Assembly: GCA_041687755.1 (NCBI GenBank)
Contig: JBDNJM010000152.1
Coordinates: 1 to 40,191, forward strand
Source of the DNA: Planctomycetota bacterium
GTDB lineage: Bacteria > Planctomycetota > UBA1135 > GCA-002686595
Reading direction: 5' to 3'
DNA: 40,191 nucleotides
Part shown: positions 17,562 to 25,596 of the stretch, in pieces
How the letters are laid out: every line of letters starts with the position of its first letter
Numbering within the stretch: the first letter of the stretch is position 1
Program-made: the position numbers and the translations under genes
The notes under the pieces: generated by a model
The model's input: only the letters and a program-made list of their open reading frames with translations
Databases searched by the model: none
Told to the model about the DNA's origin: nothing

Positions 17562-19547
17562 CTAGTACTCGGTCGCGAGGATGGCGGCGATGCCGCAGAC
17601 GCCGGCGAGGATCAGGCTGACCGGCGGTACCTCGATGGTCACTAGGGCGTAGTAGATGCAGCCACCAGCGGCTCCCACCCCTGCGGCCGTGCCCGCGTCC
17701 CAGTCGGGACCCCAGCCACCACCAGTCGTCGTCCCATCGCCGTAGGTGGTGGGCAGCTGGGTAACGACCGGCGGCTTCCCAATGGTGCCCTGGACCAGAG
17801 CAATGGGGGGGTCGACGAAGCGTGCGATCGTGCCGATCGGGCTGCCGTTGCGCAGGAAGAGGCCCTGGCTGCGGCTGAGCAACTTGCCCTGGTTGAGGGT
17901 GCCGGTCTCAACGACCTGTAGGCCGTACGCGATCTGAGGTCCTGCGCTGCCGCTGGGGGAAATCGGGACCATCGGGAGGTTCAGGCTCTGGTTGAACATG
18001 CCGAGCAGGTCGCCGGGGACGCCCGTTGCCCGCACGAGGCTCCAGGTGCCGCTGCCGTCTTCCGCGAGGCGTGAGACCAGCTGCTTGTCGGCGTAGTAGT
18101 CGAACTGCTTGAAGGACAGCTTGCCGGCGCCTTCGGCGGTCACGCCGGTGCGGGTCGCGCTGCCCTGGTGGGTCAGCTTGCCCTGGACCGGGCTGATCGC
18201 CCCGACGTACGCAGGGATTGCGGGGTTCGGCGTCGTCGCGGTCCACGACTCCTCGTAGGTGCTCTCACCGACGCGCGTGCGCACGGCCTGGATCGAGTAG
18301 TCCCGGGGTCCCTGGCCGTCCCAGTTGGTCTCGGTGCGGTGAATGTCGGTGGTGACTTGGCCCGCACCGTTAAGCGTCGACGTCTCCAGGCAGGTGACCC
18401 CGAGCGGGTACGCCTGGGAGGCAAGCGTCAGCTCCCAGTTGTTCTCCTGGGCCTTGCGGTGGATCGTCGAGCCGAATCCATCGAGCGTGATGTCGCTGTC
18501 GAGCAGCAGCGTCTCGCCATTGCTCGAGGACAAGGAACCCTTGACGACCATCCGGTACCCGCGCAGGTCCAGGCCTTCGAAGCGCGCCGAGAGCATGCCC
18601 ACCCACTCTTGCGGTACGGAGCTCCCCTGGGAGTCGATGACGTCGAAGCTGTGCAGGGCCGAGACCTCGTACCCGAGCCCCGGGTAGTCCGTGGGCTGGA
18701 CGAGGTTCAGGTCGCTGGAAACGACCTGGAAGCGGCCCATCTGTTGCGATGTCATCGAGTAGGCGAAGAACGCGGAGTTCGCGACGTCCTGGGCGTGAAA
18801 CAGGAGCCTGTTGAAGTTCATCACGTCCACCGTGTTGGGCGCGCCGGGGCTGCAGCCGGCGCCATCGGGGCCGCCGTCGCCGGCAAAGTCCTCTGGAGCG
18901 TCCGTGTCGACGGCGTAGCGCGAGCGGCCGATTGAGCCGCCGGGGTGCGACGGGGAGGGTCCGCTCGGCCCGGCATTCACGTAGCCGCCGGTCCAGGCTC
19001 CCGAATCGGTGGCCAGCTCCGCCAGCGGTTGGCTCGAGGCCGTGTCGTCGGCGCCGTAGATCACGACGTCAACAATGGAGCCGTGGGGGTCGAGCAGAGC
19101 GAGGCCGCCCGTCTCGTCGCCTAGCAGGTCCTGGGGATCTTGCCCGGTGAAGAACACCTCGAGATCAGGGGTGGTGTTCAGCCACTGTGCGACGCCCGGC
19201 CGTTGGGGTCCGAGGAACACGAGTGCTGAGTGACCGGCGGGCAGCTTGGCGTCCGCGCCAAACACGTGCAGCGACGCCTCCTTGCCATCGATGAGCTGAT
19301 AACCCGCGAGGGACGTATCGGCCAAGCCAGCGTTGGCGAGTTCGATCCACTCATGGCCGGCGTCGCTGCCGACGGTGGTCGGGAGGAACTCTGTGATGAC
19401 GAGTCGCGGGGCGGCTTCGGCGTCCGCGGCGGTTTCAGCGTCGTCCTTTGCGTAGACGACGGCGGCCGAGACGGTGGCAAGGGCGAGGAGGCTGCGCCCG
19501 GCGCCCCGGAGGGCATGACGCGCGCTAATGGGATGGAAGAGGGACAT
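17562..19547 (-). CDS. lamin-tail-domain (LTD) containing surface protein with C-terminal hydrophobic anchor
   Basis: 661 aa. Signal peptide; LVITEFLPTTVGSDAGHEWIELANAG..YQL..G matches the LTD core. C-terminal ..YYALVTIEVPPVSLILAGVCGIAAILATEY is a single TM helix. Confidence 0.55.
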   Translation of the reverse strand: MSLFHPISARHALRGAGRSLLALATVSAAVVYAKDDAETAADAEAAPRLVITEFLPTTVGSDAGHEWIELANAGLADTSLAGYQLIDGKEASLHVFGADAKLPAGHSALVFLGPQRPGVAQWLNTTPDLEVFFTGQDPQDLLGDETGGLALLDPHGSIVDVVIYGADDTASSQPLAELATDSGAWTGGYVNAGPSGPSPSHPGGSIGRSRYAVDTDAPEDFAGDGGPDGAGCSPGAPNTVDVMNFNRLLFHAQDVANSAFFAYSMTSQQMGRFQVVSSDLNLVQPTDYPGLGYEVSALHSFDVIDSQGSSVPQEWVGMLSARFEGLDLRGYRMVVKGSLSSSNGETLLLDSDITLDGFGSTIHRKAQENNWELTLASQAYPLGVTCLETSTLNGAGQVTTDIHRTETNWDGQGPRDYSIQAVRTRVGESTYEESWTATTPNPAIPAYVGAISPVQGKLTHQGSATRTGVTAEGAGKLSFKQFDYYADKQLVSRLAEDGSGTWSLVRATGVPGDLLGMFNQSLNLPMVPISPSGSAGPQIAYGLQVVETGTLNQGKLLSRSQGLFLRNGSPIGTIARFVDPPIALVQGTIGKPPVVTQLPTTYGDGTTTGGGWGPDWDAGTAAGVGAAGGCIYYALVTIEVPPVSLILAGVCGIAAILATEY

Positions 19548-19653
19548 GGTTCTGTTGGATTTGAAGTTGCGGGACGAGCGAGTGGAGGTGGCTCAAGCGA
19601 AGACGCTCCGCGGCAGGCTGCCGCGGAGCGTCTTTGCGGGGCCCGAGTTCCGT

Positions 19654-20106
19654 TTAGCCGCTGGTGACGGTGGTGTAGCCGCTGTCCTGACTGGATGTGG
19701 CGCCGCCGGGGAAGGTGAACGTGATACGGACGAAGACGCTGCACTCGGTTTCGCCCGAGGAGCCGGCGTCGCCGGCGACATCGCCGTCCTTGCACTTGAG
19801 ATCGAACGGGATGTTCACCGGTGCGCCGCCGAGGTCGCCTTCCCAGGAGTTGCTGCCCTTGTTGAGCGTGTCGTTGACCAGCGGGTCCCAGTCGATGACC
19901 TCGTACTTGTAGCCCGTTGCGCCCTTGGGGACGATGAAGTCGGCGGATCCGGCCTTCGGAGTAATCTTGCAGTCGTCGTCTCCTCCGGCGTCGGTGCCGG
20001 CGGTAGGGGACGAATCGCCGGAGGCGGCAGCAAAGGCGGATTCGGAAGTCAGGGGAAGGGCGAAGGTGGCGGCGAGAACGAGGACGAGGAGGGGCTTGAT
20101 CTGCAT
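19654..20106 (-). CDS. small secreted protein, unknown family (paralog 2)
   Basis: 150 aa, signal MQIKPLLVLVLAATFALPLTSESAFA. Shares YEVIDWDP, SSGE(T/G)ECS(V/A)FVR(I/V)T(F/Y)T and DSGY(T/Y)T motifs with 20202..20609. GC about 58-60%. Confidence 0.55.
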   Translation of the reverse strand: MQIKPLLVLVLAATFALPLTSESAFAAASGDSSPTAGTDAGGDDDCKITPKAGSADFIVPKGATGYKYEVIDWDPLVNDTLNKGSNSWEGDLGGAPVNIPFDLKCKDGDVAGDAGSSGETECSVFVRITFTFPGGATSSQDSGYTTVTSG

Positions 20107-20201
20107 GGTTCTTAGGTGGTTTCGAGGGGCGTCGATGGATGTGTTGAATGAAGAGCGGTGAACGTTCGGGTTCCGCGGTGAGAGTCCGGGCCGATGTACC
20201 G

Positions 20202-20609
20202 CTACTCGCAGCTGAGGGTGTAGTAGCCGCTGTCCTTCGTGTACGAGGTGGCGCTACTGCCGGAGCCGATGGTGTAGGTGACGCGGACGAAGGCGCTGCA
20301 CTCGCCTTCCCCTGAACTGCCGTTGGGGCCGACAACGTCTCCGTCGATGCAGTTCCACTTCATGTTCATGATGTGGGAGTCGCCATCGGGCGTGACGCAC
20401 TTCTTGGAGAGCAGCGTGTCGTTCGAGATGGGATCCCAGTCAATGACCTCGTAGCAGATCTTCGTGCAGCCGTCCGGGATCTCGATCTTGTGAGTGAGGT
20501 AGCCGCCCTTGAACTCGTGGTCCGATCCGGTTTGTGCGATCGCGAGGAGAGCGACGGAAGCGAGCAGAGTCATGGCGGCGGCGATCGGGGCGAAGCGTGC
20601 GAGTTTCAT
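20202..20609 (-). CDS. small secreted protein, unknown family (paralog 1)
   Basis: 135 aa, signal MKLARFAPIAAAMTLLASVALLAIAQT. Paralog of 19654..20106. Low GC relative to the window. Confidence 0.55.
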   Translation of the reverse strand: MKLARFAPIAAAMTLLASVALLAIAQTGSDHEFKGGYLTHKIEIPDGCTKICYEVIDWDPISNDTLLSKKCVTPDGDSHIMNMKWNCIDGDVVGPNGSSGEGECSAFVRVTYTIGSGSSATSYTKDSGYYTLSCE

Positions 20610-21239
20610 AGTTATCGGGGTGTTGTCGCTGTTGCGAGGTGAATGGGGTGAGCGCGTTCAGCGCTCGAAGTGAGTCGTGCGACGATGCGTTCGTCGCTGA
20701 CGCAAGGAGTTCCTCGACATGCTCCATTCGGTTTCACCCATGACGCGATCGTTCCGGTTCTGTGCTTCACGAGACGCGAACTTTGAGTTCGTCGCGCTAC
20801 GCATCCGCACCGCGGTTGACCGCTACAATGCGATCAGCGTTCGTCCCAGGAACCTGCGCGATGGCGCGCTCTAAGAATCCAAGCGAGCAAGACTCCAGTC
20901 GCTGAATTCTTGCGCGCGCGGGTGTTGAGCAGTTTCGGCGCTCTCGACTTGTCCCGTTGTTCGCGCAGTCCCTTGAGACCGCCGGGCGATCGCTGCGTGC
21001 GACTCGCACAGGCACTTCGGGTGACCTCGATCAGGCCAGGTTCCGAGAAGGCCGAGGCCTCTTTGCCCGAGCGTTCGCGTTCATCTGCGTTCAATGACCA
21101 CACGGCCGGTTCCCACCGAGGCGCTTGAGAATCCATGTGCCGCGTCCTCGAGCAGCCCGGTCACGACTCTCGGCGCAATCTGAAACCACGGCGGACTCTG
21201 CAGGGAACCCTCCCCGCCGGCGTTCTATGATCGTTCGCA

Positions 21240-21932
21240 ATGAACCCGCCGCCCAACCTGACCGTCGTCCACCTAGGCGCCACAGGAGCCGTCGGCTCCG
21301 TGGTGGTCCAGGCCTTGCTCGCGATGCCGGAGCTGCAGCGACTCTCGCTCCTCGGTCGGCGCCCGCTCGACGGGGCCGACGACTCTCGGGTCGAACAGCA
21401 CACCGTCGACATCTTCGACTCAAGCACCTACGCGGGCCGGCTGAAAGGGCACCAGGTCGCCATCTGCACCCTCGGAGTCGGGCAGCCCTCGAAGATCAGT
21501 CGCGAAGACTTCTTGGCGATCGACCGCGACGCCGTCCTCGCCTTCGCGACCGCCTGCCGGGAGGCCGGCGTGGAGCACTTCCAGCTGCTCAGCTCCGTCG
21601 GCACGAACTCAGAATCGCGCTCGTTCTACCTGCGCACGAAGGGCGAGCTCGAAGAGGGCTTGAAGGCGCTGGGCTTCGCGCGGCTCAGCCTGTTCCGGCC
21701 GTCGATGATCCTGACGCCGACCAGCCGCTACGGTTTCAGCCAGGCGGTCACCCTGAAGGTCTGGCCCTGGCTGAGCCTCGGACTCTTCGGGCCGCTCTCA
21801 AAGTTTCGCGGCGTGCGCGTCGAGCAGCTCGGCCGAGCGATCGCGGCGAACGCGGGCTTGGTCGAGCGCAACCGGGTCGAGGTGCTCCACTGGGACGAGA
21901 TCAAGGAGCTGGATCCGCGTCCCGCGTCGTGA
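21240..21932 (+). CDS. NAD(P)H-binding protein, atypical SDR / NmrA-HTATIP2-like oxidoreductase
   Basis: 230 aa. N-terminal VVHLGATGAVGSVVVQALL matches the GxxGxxG Rossmann motif. Size and layout match the semialdehyde-DH/NmrA-like NAD-binding family. TGA at 21930. Confidence 0.65.
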   Translation: MNPPPNLTVVHLGATGAVGSVVVQALLAMPELQRLSLLGRRPLDGADDSRVEQHTVDIFDSSTYAGRLKGHQVAICTLGVGQPSKISREDFLAIDRDAVLAFATACREAGVEHFQLLSSVGTNSESRSFYLRTKGELEEGLKALGFARLSLFRPSMILTPTSRYGFSQAVTLKVWPWLSLGLFGPLSKFRGVRVEQLGRAIAANAGLVERNRVEVLHWDEIKELDPRPAS

Positions 21933-21945
21933 AGTCGCGGTGGGC

Positions 21946-22233
21946 TCAGGCCGCCGTCATCATCGCCGTGAAGAACCCCGTGCCGCACCAGAGCAGGGCG
22001 GCCACGGCGAGGGCGATCGCGCGCATGCTGCCGGCCTGCTCGGTCCACCGAGGCCAGATCCAGAACACGATCGCGGGGTAGACCGTGCTCGCCAGGGCGA
22101 CCGGAATGCAGCGCAGCGCGAACGCCTCGTTCTGCGCGGTCCAGCCAGCGGTGACCAGGCCCGCGAAGGGCCCGAGCAACAGGATCAGGAGTCCCGGCTG
22201 CGGCGAGTTGCCCCAGGGCAGGGGAGGCCACAT
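21946..22233 (-). CDS. small hypothetical membrane protein (2-3 TM helices)
   Basis: 95 aa, strongly hydrophobic (LLILLLGPFAGLVTAGW..AIALAVAALLWCGTGFFTAMMTAA). ATG at 22233. Weak evidence only. Confidence 0.35.
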   Translation of the reverse strand: MWPPLPWGNSPQPGLLILLLGPFAGLVTAGWTAQNEAFALRCIPVALASTVYPAIVFWIWPRWTEQAGSMRAIALAVAALLWCGTGFFTAMMTAA

Positions 22234-22346
22234 GGGGCTGGGCAGGATTAGCGCAGCGGGCAGGACCTCGAGCCCACGGCGACGCTACTTGCCTATCCAG
22301 GGGCGGTGGGGTCGGGTGCCTGCATCGGTGGGCCGAGCCTCTGGCC

Positions 22347-22461
22347 GGGGGGAACGATACGGTGCCAGGCACGTTTTCACCGGCTTGGGAGCCATCAACC
22401 GCATTGCGGCTGATGGCTCCCAAGCCGGTGAAAACGTGCCTGGCACCGTATCGTTCCCCCC
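22347..22461. repeat. REPIN-like perfect palindromic element, copy 2 (51-bp stem, 13-nt loop)
   Basis: GGGGGGAACGATACGGTGCCAGGCACGTTTTCACCGGCTTGGGAGCCATCA-accgcattgcggc-TGATGGCTCCCAAGCCGGTGAAAACGTGCCTGGCACCGTATCGTTCCCCCC, an exact inverted repeat. The palindrome extends into the flanks (CCTCTGGCCGG / CCGGCCAGAGG, 22337..22471). Confidence 0.7.
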
Positions 22462-22471
22462 GGCCAGAGGC

Positions 22472-22924
22472 TCAGGCGAGCTGCTCGGCCCAGTCGCCCA
22501 GGAGGTCGTCGGCTTCGGCCAGGGCGTCTTCGTGCGCCCAGGACTCGATCTCGAACAGGCTCGCGCCCATCTCCAGGGCGGCGAGGGTGTCGCGGCGGGC
22601 GAGCAGGCGTTCGGCGGTCGGGCGGTCGACGGGGGTCTCGTCGTCGTCGGGGGCGGCGGCTTCGACGTCGGTGACCAAGCCTTGGCGGTCGACGGCGATG
22701 CGGGACCCGAGCCAGGGGGCGAAGTCTTGGGAGGCCAGGCTGCCGGAGGGGTAACCGTCGAGCAGGGCGGCGAGGCTCGCGGCGCCGTGTTCGACGCCGG
22801 TCACGGTTCCTTCAAGGACCAGGTGCCCCAGGTGTTCGATGGCGCAGAGGAGATTGTGCTCGTCGGGGCCGCTCTTCGCCAGTCGTTCGAGGGCGTCTCC
22901 GAGGGTGTCGTCGGCGGGGCGCAT
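22472..22924 (-). CDS. hypothetical acidic protein
   Basis: 150 aa ORF ending 4 nt after the stop of the DUF971 gene upstream (operon arrangement). No recognisable motif. Confidence 0.45.
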   Translation of the reverse strand: MRPADDTLGDALERLAKSGPDEHNLLCAIEHLGHLVLEGTVTGVEHGAASLAALLDGYPSGSLASQDFAPWLGSRIAVDRQGLVTDVEAAAPDDDETPVDRPTAERLLARRDTLAALEMGASLFEIESWAHEDALAEADDLLGDWAEQLA

Positions 22925-22928
22925 GGGA

Positions 22929-23273
22929 CTACTGGGCTTCCGCGCCGGAGAGGGGCTCGTCGGGGCGCTGGAGGCGGTCCCCCATCTGGCGCAGCCGAGT
23001 CCACGTGAAGATGCCGGTGTTGTGGCCGTCGGAGAAGTCGATCGAGAGCGCGTAGTTGCCGCAGAGCTCGACGTTGCTCGTCCGCAGATCGTCGGACGTC
23101 GTCTTGGCGTCGTAGCGCTGGGCGCCGGTGTGCTCGTCCACGCAGCGGGCGCAGGGGCAGGCGTCGCGCAGGGTCGGGGCGGGCAGGTCGTGGGTCGCGC
23201 CGTCGGACCATTCGATCACCAGGCGAGCGGGGTCGCTCTTGGTGATGGTGCGGGGCTGGGGGTCGGTGCTCAT
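22929..23273 (-). CDS. DUF971 family protein (gamma-butyrobetaine-hydroxylase-like N-terminal domain)
   Basis: 114 aa. IEWSDGATHDLPAPTLRDACPCARCVDE carries the conserved C-x-C-A-x-C zinc-ribbon-like motif typical of DUF971. Confidence 0.6.
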   Translation of the reverse strand: MSTDPQPRTITKSDPARLVIEWSDGATHDLPAPTLRDACPCARCVDEHTGAQRYDAKTTSDDLRTSNVELCGNYALSIDFSDGHNTGIFTWTRLRQMGDRLQRPDEPLSGAEAQ

Positions 23274-23547
23274 CGGAGGGGCCTCGGGTTCATGCGGGGA
23301 TCCTGGGATCCGCCGGGGGCAAGCGAAAGGGGGCTGAAGTGAGCTTCCAGTGCTGCTATTTAGTATCTAGAGCGCGCTGCAGCAGGGGCCCTGCGCGTCG
23401 GTGGTCCTGGCGTCTGGGGTGTGATCGTCCGGGGCCGCGTACTTCGGCCAGGTTCCGCCGAGTATCGCTCGATCCGCTGCGTGGGGCGGGGCCGCTCGTC
23501 CCTCGCAATCACCTCGGCCGGGCTCCGCGAGCACGCCCCGCGCGCCG

Positions 23548-23607
23548 GGGGAGAGGGCCGGGGAGAGGGCCGGGGAGAGGGCCGGGGAGAGGGCCGGGGA
23601 GAGGGTG
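23548..23607. repeat. 12-bp tandem repeat GGGGAGAGGGCC x5, directly abutting the 3' end of tRNA-Phe
   Basis: Direct read: ggggagagggcc x4 then ggggagagggtg. The last unit overlaps the first 2 nt of the tRNA complement. On the tRNA strand it reads CCA-CCCTCTCCCC-GG... Confidence 0.85.
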
Positions 23608-23681
23608 GTGGCCAGACCCGGATTTGAACCGGGGACCCCTTGATTTTCAGTCAAGTGCTCTACCAACTGAGCTATCTGGCC
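23606..23681 (-). tRNA. tRNA-Phe (anticodon GAA)
   Basis: The reverse complement folds as a canonical cloverleaf: acceptor GGCCAGA/TCTGGCC, D-arm GCTC-AGTTGGTA-GAGC, anticodon arm CTTGA-CTGAAAA-TCAAG (anticodon GAA), T-arm CCCGG-TTCAAAT-CCGGG, discriminator A, encoded CCA. Confidence 0.85.
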
Positions 23682-23719
23682 GCCAACGCGGGAGAGTTTG
23701 CTGTCGGAGGCCGCCCGCG

Positions 23720-24658
23720 TCAATCCCGTGAGCCTAAGACCTCGGCCGCGCGGGCCGCGTCGATGCGCATTTGGGCCGTGAGGGCCTCGAGGCCCTCGAA
23801 GCGGCGCTCGTCGCGCAGGTGCTCGACGAAGGCGACCTCGAGCCGGGTGCCGTAAAGATCGCCGGACCAGTCCAGTAGGTGGACCTCGACGCGCGGGTCG
23901 GCGCCCTCCTCGGCGACGGTGGGGCGGCGGCCGACGTTGGTGACCGAAGGCAGGCCGGGGGGCAGGGGCGGGCCGTCGTCGACGACGCGCACACGGGTGG
24001 CGTACACGCCGTAGGGCGGCAGCAGGGAGTGCATCGGGTTGACGTTGGCCGTCGGGAAGCCGAGCTCGCGGCCGCGGGCGTCGCCGTGGATGACGCGGCC
24101 CATCACGGCGACCGGGCGGCCGAGCATCTCGGCGGCGGCTACGAGGTCGCCCAGCTCGGTGGCCTCTCGAATGGCAGTCGAGGAGACCGGGCGGCGGCCG
24201 ACCATGACCTGGCCGACGACGTCGACGGCGTGGCCGAGCTCGCGCAGGAGTTCGGCGCCGCCTTGGCGGTCGTGGCCGAACTTGCTGTCGAAGCCGAGGA
24301 CAAAGTGCTTCGCCGCGAGGCCGCGGATCAGGCAGGTGGCGGTGAACTCTGCGGCGGATTGTTCGCGCAGGTCGGAGTCGAAGTCGAGCGCGACGGTGTG
24401 GCGGATACCGGCGGCGCGGAACAGCTCGAGGCGGTGGTCGAGCGTGGTCAGGGTCTTGGGCGCGCGGCCCAGGATCACGCGCTTGGGGTGGCGCCGAAAA
24501 GTAACGACCGTGGGCTCGGCGCCCAGTTCGATGGCGCGCGCGACGTTGGCGCGCAGGATCGCCTGGTGTCCCTGGTGGACGCCGTCGAACACGCCGATCG
24601 AGACGACGGAGCCCTCGGGCGCCGCCTCGAGGGTGCGCAGGTCAAAGGTGGTGCGCAA
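23720..24658 (-). CDS. ribF: bifunctional riboflavin kinase / FMN adenylyltransferase
   Basis: 312 aa. N-terminal ..SIGVFDGVHQGHQ (GxFDGxHxGH nucleotidyltransferase motif) and C-terminal riboflavin-kinase domain (..GFPTANV..PPYGVYA..HLLDWSGDLYG). The start is TTG at 24658 per the track, so the exact start is uncertain. Confidence 0.85.
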   Translation of the reverse strand: MRTTFDLRTLEAAPEGSVVSIGVFDGVHQGHQAILRANVARAIELGAEPTVVTFRRHPKRVILGRAPKTLTTLDHRLELFRAAGIRHTVALDFDSDLREQSAAEFTATCLIRGLAAKHFVLGFDSKFGHDRQGGAELLRELGHAVDVVGQVMVGRRPVSSTAIREATELGDLVAAAEMLGRPVAVMGRVIHGDARGRELGFPTANVNPMHSLLPPYGVYATRVRVVDDGPPLPPGLPSVTNVGRRPTVAEEGADPRVEVHLLDWSGDLYGTRLEVAFVEHLRDERRFEGLEALTAQMRIDAARAAEVLGSRD

Positions 24659-24804
24659 ATCGGAAACCGGGCAGGTTAGGAAGCGTGGGCCAAAGCACGC
24701 GCCGCACTGTGTGAACTCTCAGTGCTCTCCAGCGCCGTCAGGCGATGGGCCCAAAGGCACCTGAGAGGCACTTCGTGGGGGCAGCGCGAGTTCTTCACGG
24801 CATC

Positions 24805-25359
24805 TCAGCGCTTCGCGCCGACCTTGGCCGCGGCCTTGGCGACCTGGCGCTTGTAGTGCTCGATCAGGTTCTCGAGCGCGATCTTGTTCTTCAGCTTGTC
24901 CGCCGGCGACATGCGGTCGACGAGCAGCACGCCTTCGAGGTGGTCGAACTCGTGCTGAACAATGCGGCTCTGGAAGCCCTCGTACTCGGCTTCGAAGACG
25001 TTGCCCTCGATGTCTTGGGCACGGACCTTGCATAGGTTGGGGCGCTCGACCTCGGCGAAGATCTCGGGGAACGAGAGGCAGCCCTCCTCGTACTTGGTGG
25101 GCTGGCCGCTGCGCTCGAGCAGCTCCGGGTTGATCAGTACCAGCTCGTCGTGGGGCTCGCCGCTCTCGTTGAGCACCAGGACGCGCGCCTTGATGCCGAC
25201 CTGGGGCGCGGCGAGGCCGACGCCGCTGCTTTTGTACATGCGGTCGAACATGGCGCGCACCATGGCGCCCAGATCGGCGTCGAAGGCCGTGACCTCGGCG
25301 GCGCGCTTGCGCAGCACGGGCGAGGGGAACAGCGTGAGGTCGTACTCGAGGTCGGACAT
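24805..25359 (-). CDS. def: peptide deformylase
   Basis: PDF motifs GVGLAAPQVG, EGCLSFP and QHEFDHLEG are present. ATG at 25359 (MSDLEYD..) is preferred. An upstream in-frame ATG at 25419 would add 20 aa. Confidence 0.85.
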   Translation of the reverse strand: MSDLEYDLTLFPSPVLRKRAAEVTAFDADLGAMVRAMFDRMYKSSGVGLAAPQVGIKARVLVLNESGEPHDELVLINPELLERSGQPTKYEEGCLSFPEIFAEVERPNLCKVRAQDIEGNVFEAEYEGFQSRIVQHEFDHLEGVLLVDRMSPADKLKNKIALENLIEHYKRQVAKAAAKVGAKR

Positions 25360-25596
25360 GGTCGGGGGCGCGGCGGGGGCGCGGGCGGCGGTCTCGGGGA
25401 GCAAGACATCATAGGTCATCGCCGCTCCTGGGGGCAGGCCAGTGAGGCCAGTGAGGCGGGGGGAGACGGCTCGGGATGCGTTTCCGCAGAGCCCCGGGCG
25501 GGTAGCCTAAGACAGCGGGCGCGCCTCCCGGTCTCGTCCGGTGCGCCGCCTGCACTTCGCTCCGACCCCAACGACTCCAGCCAGCACGCGCTCCCC

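Noticed and set aside
23548-23607. 12-bp x5 tandem repeat considered as a CRISPR array
   Set aside because: Units are directly adjacent with no spacers, and the repeat is far shorter than CRISPR repeats (24-48 bp). No cas genes in the window.
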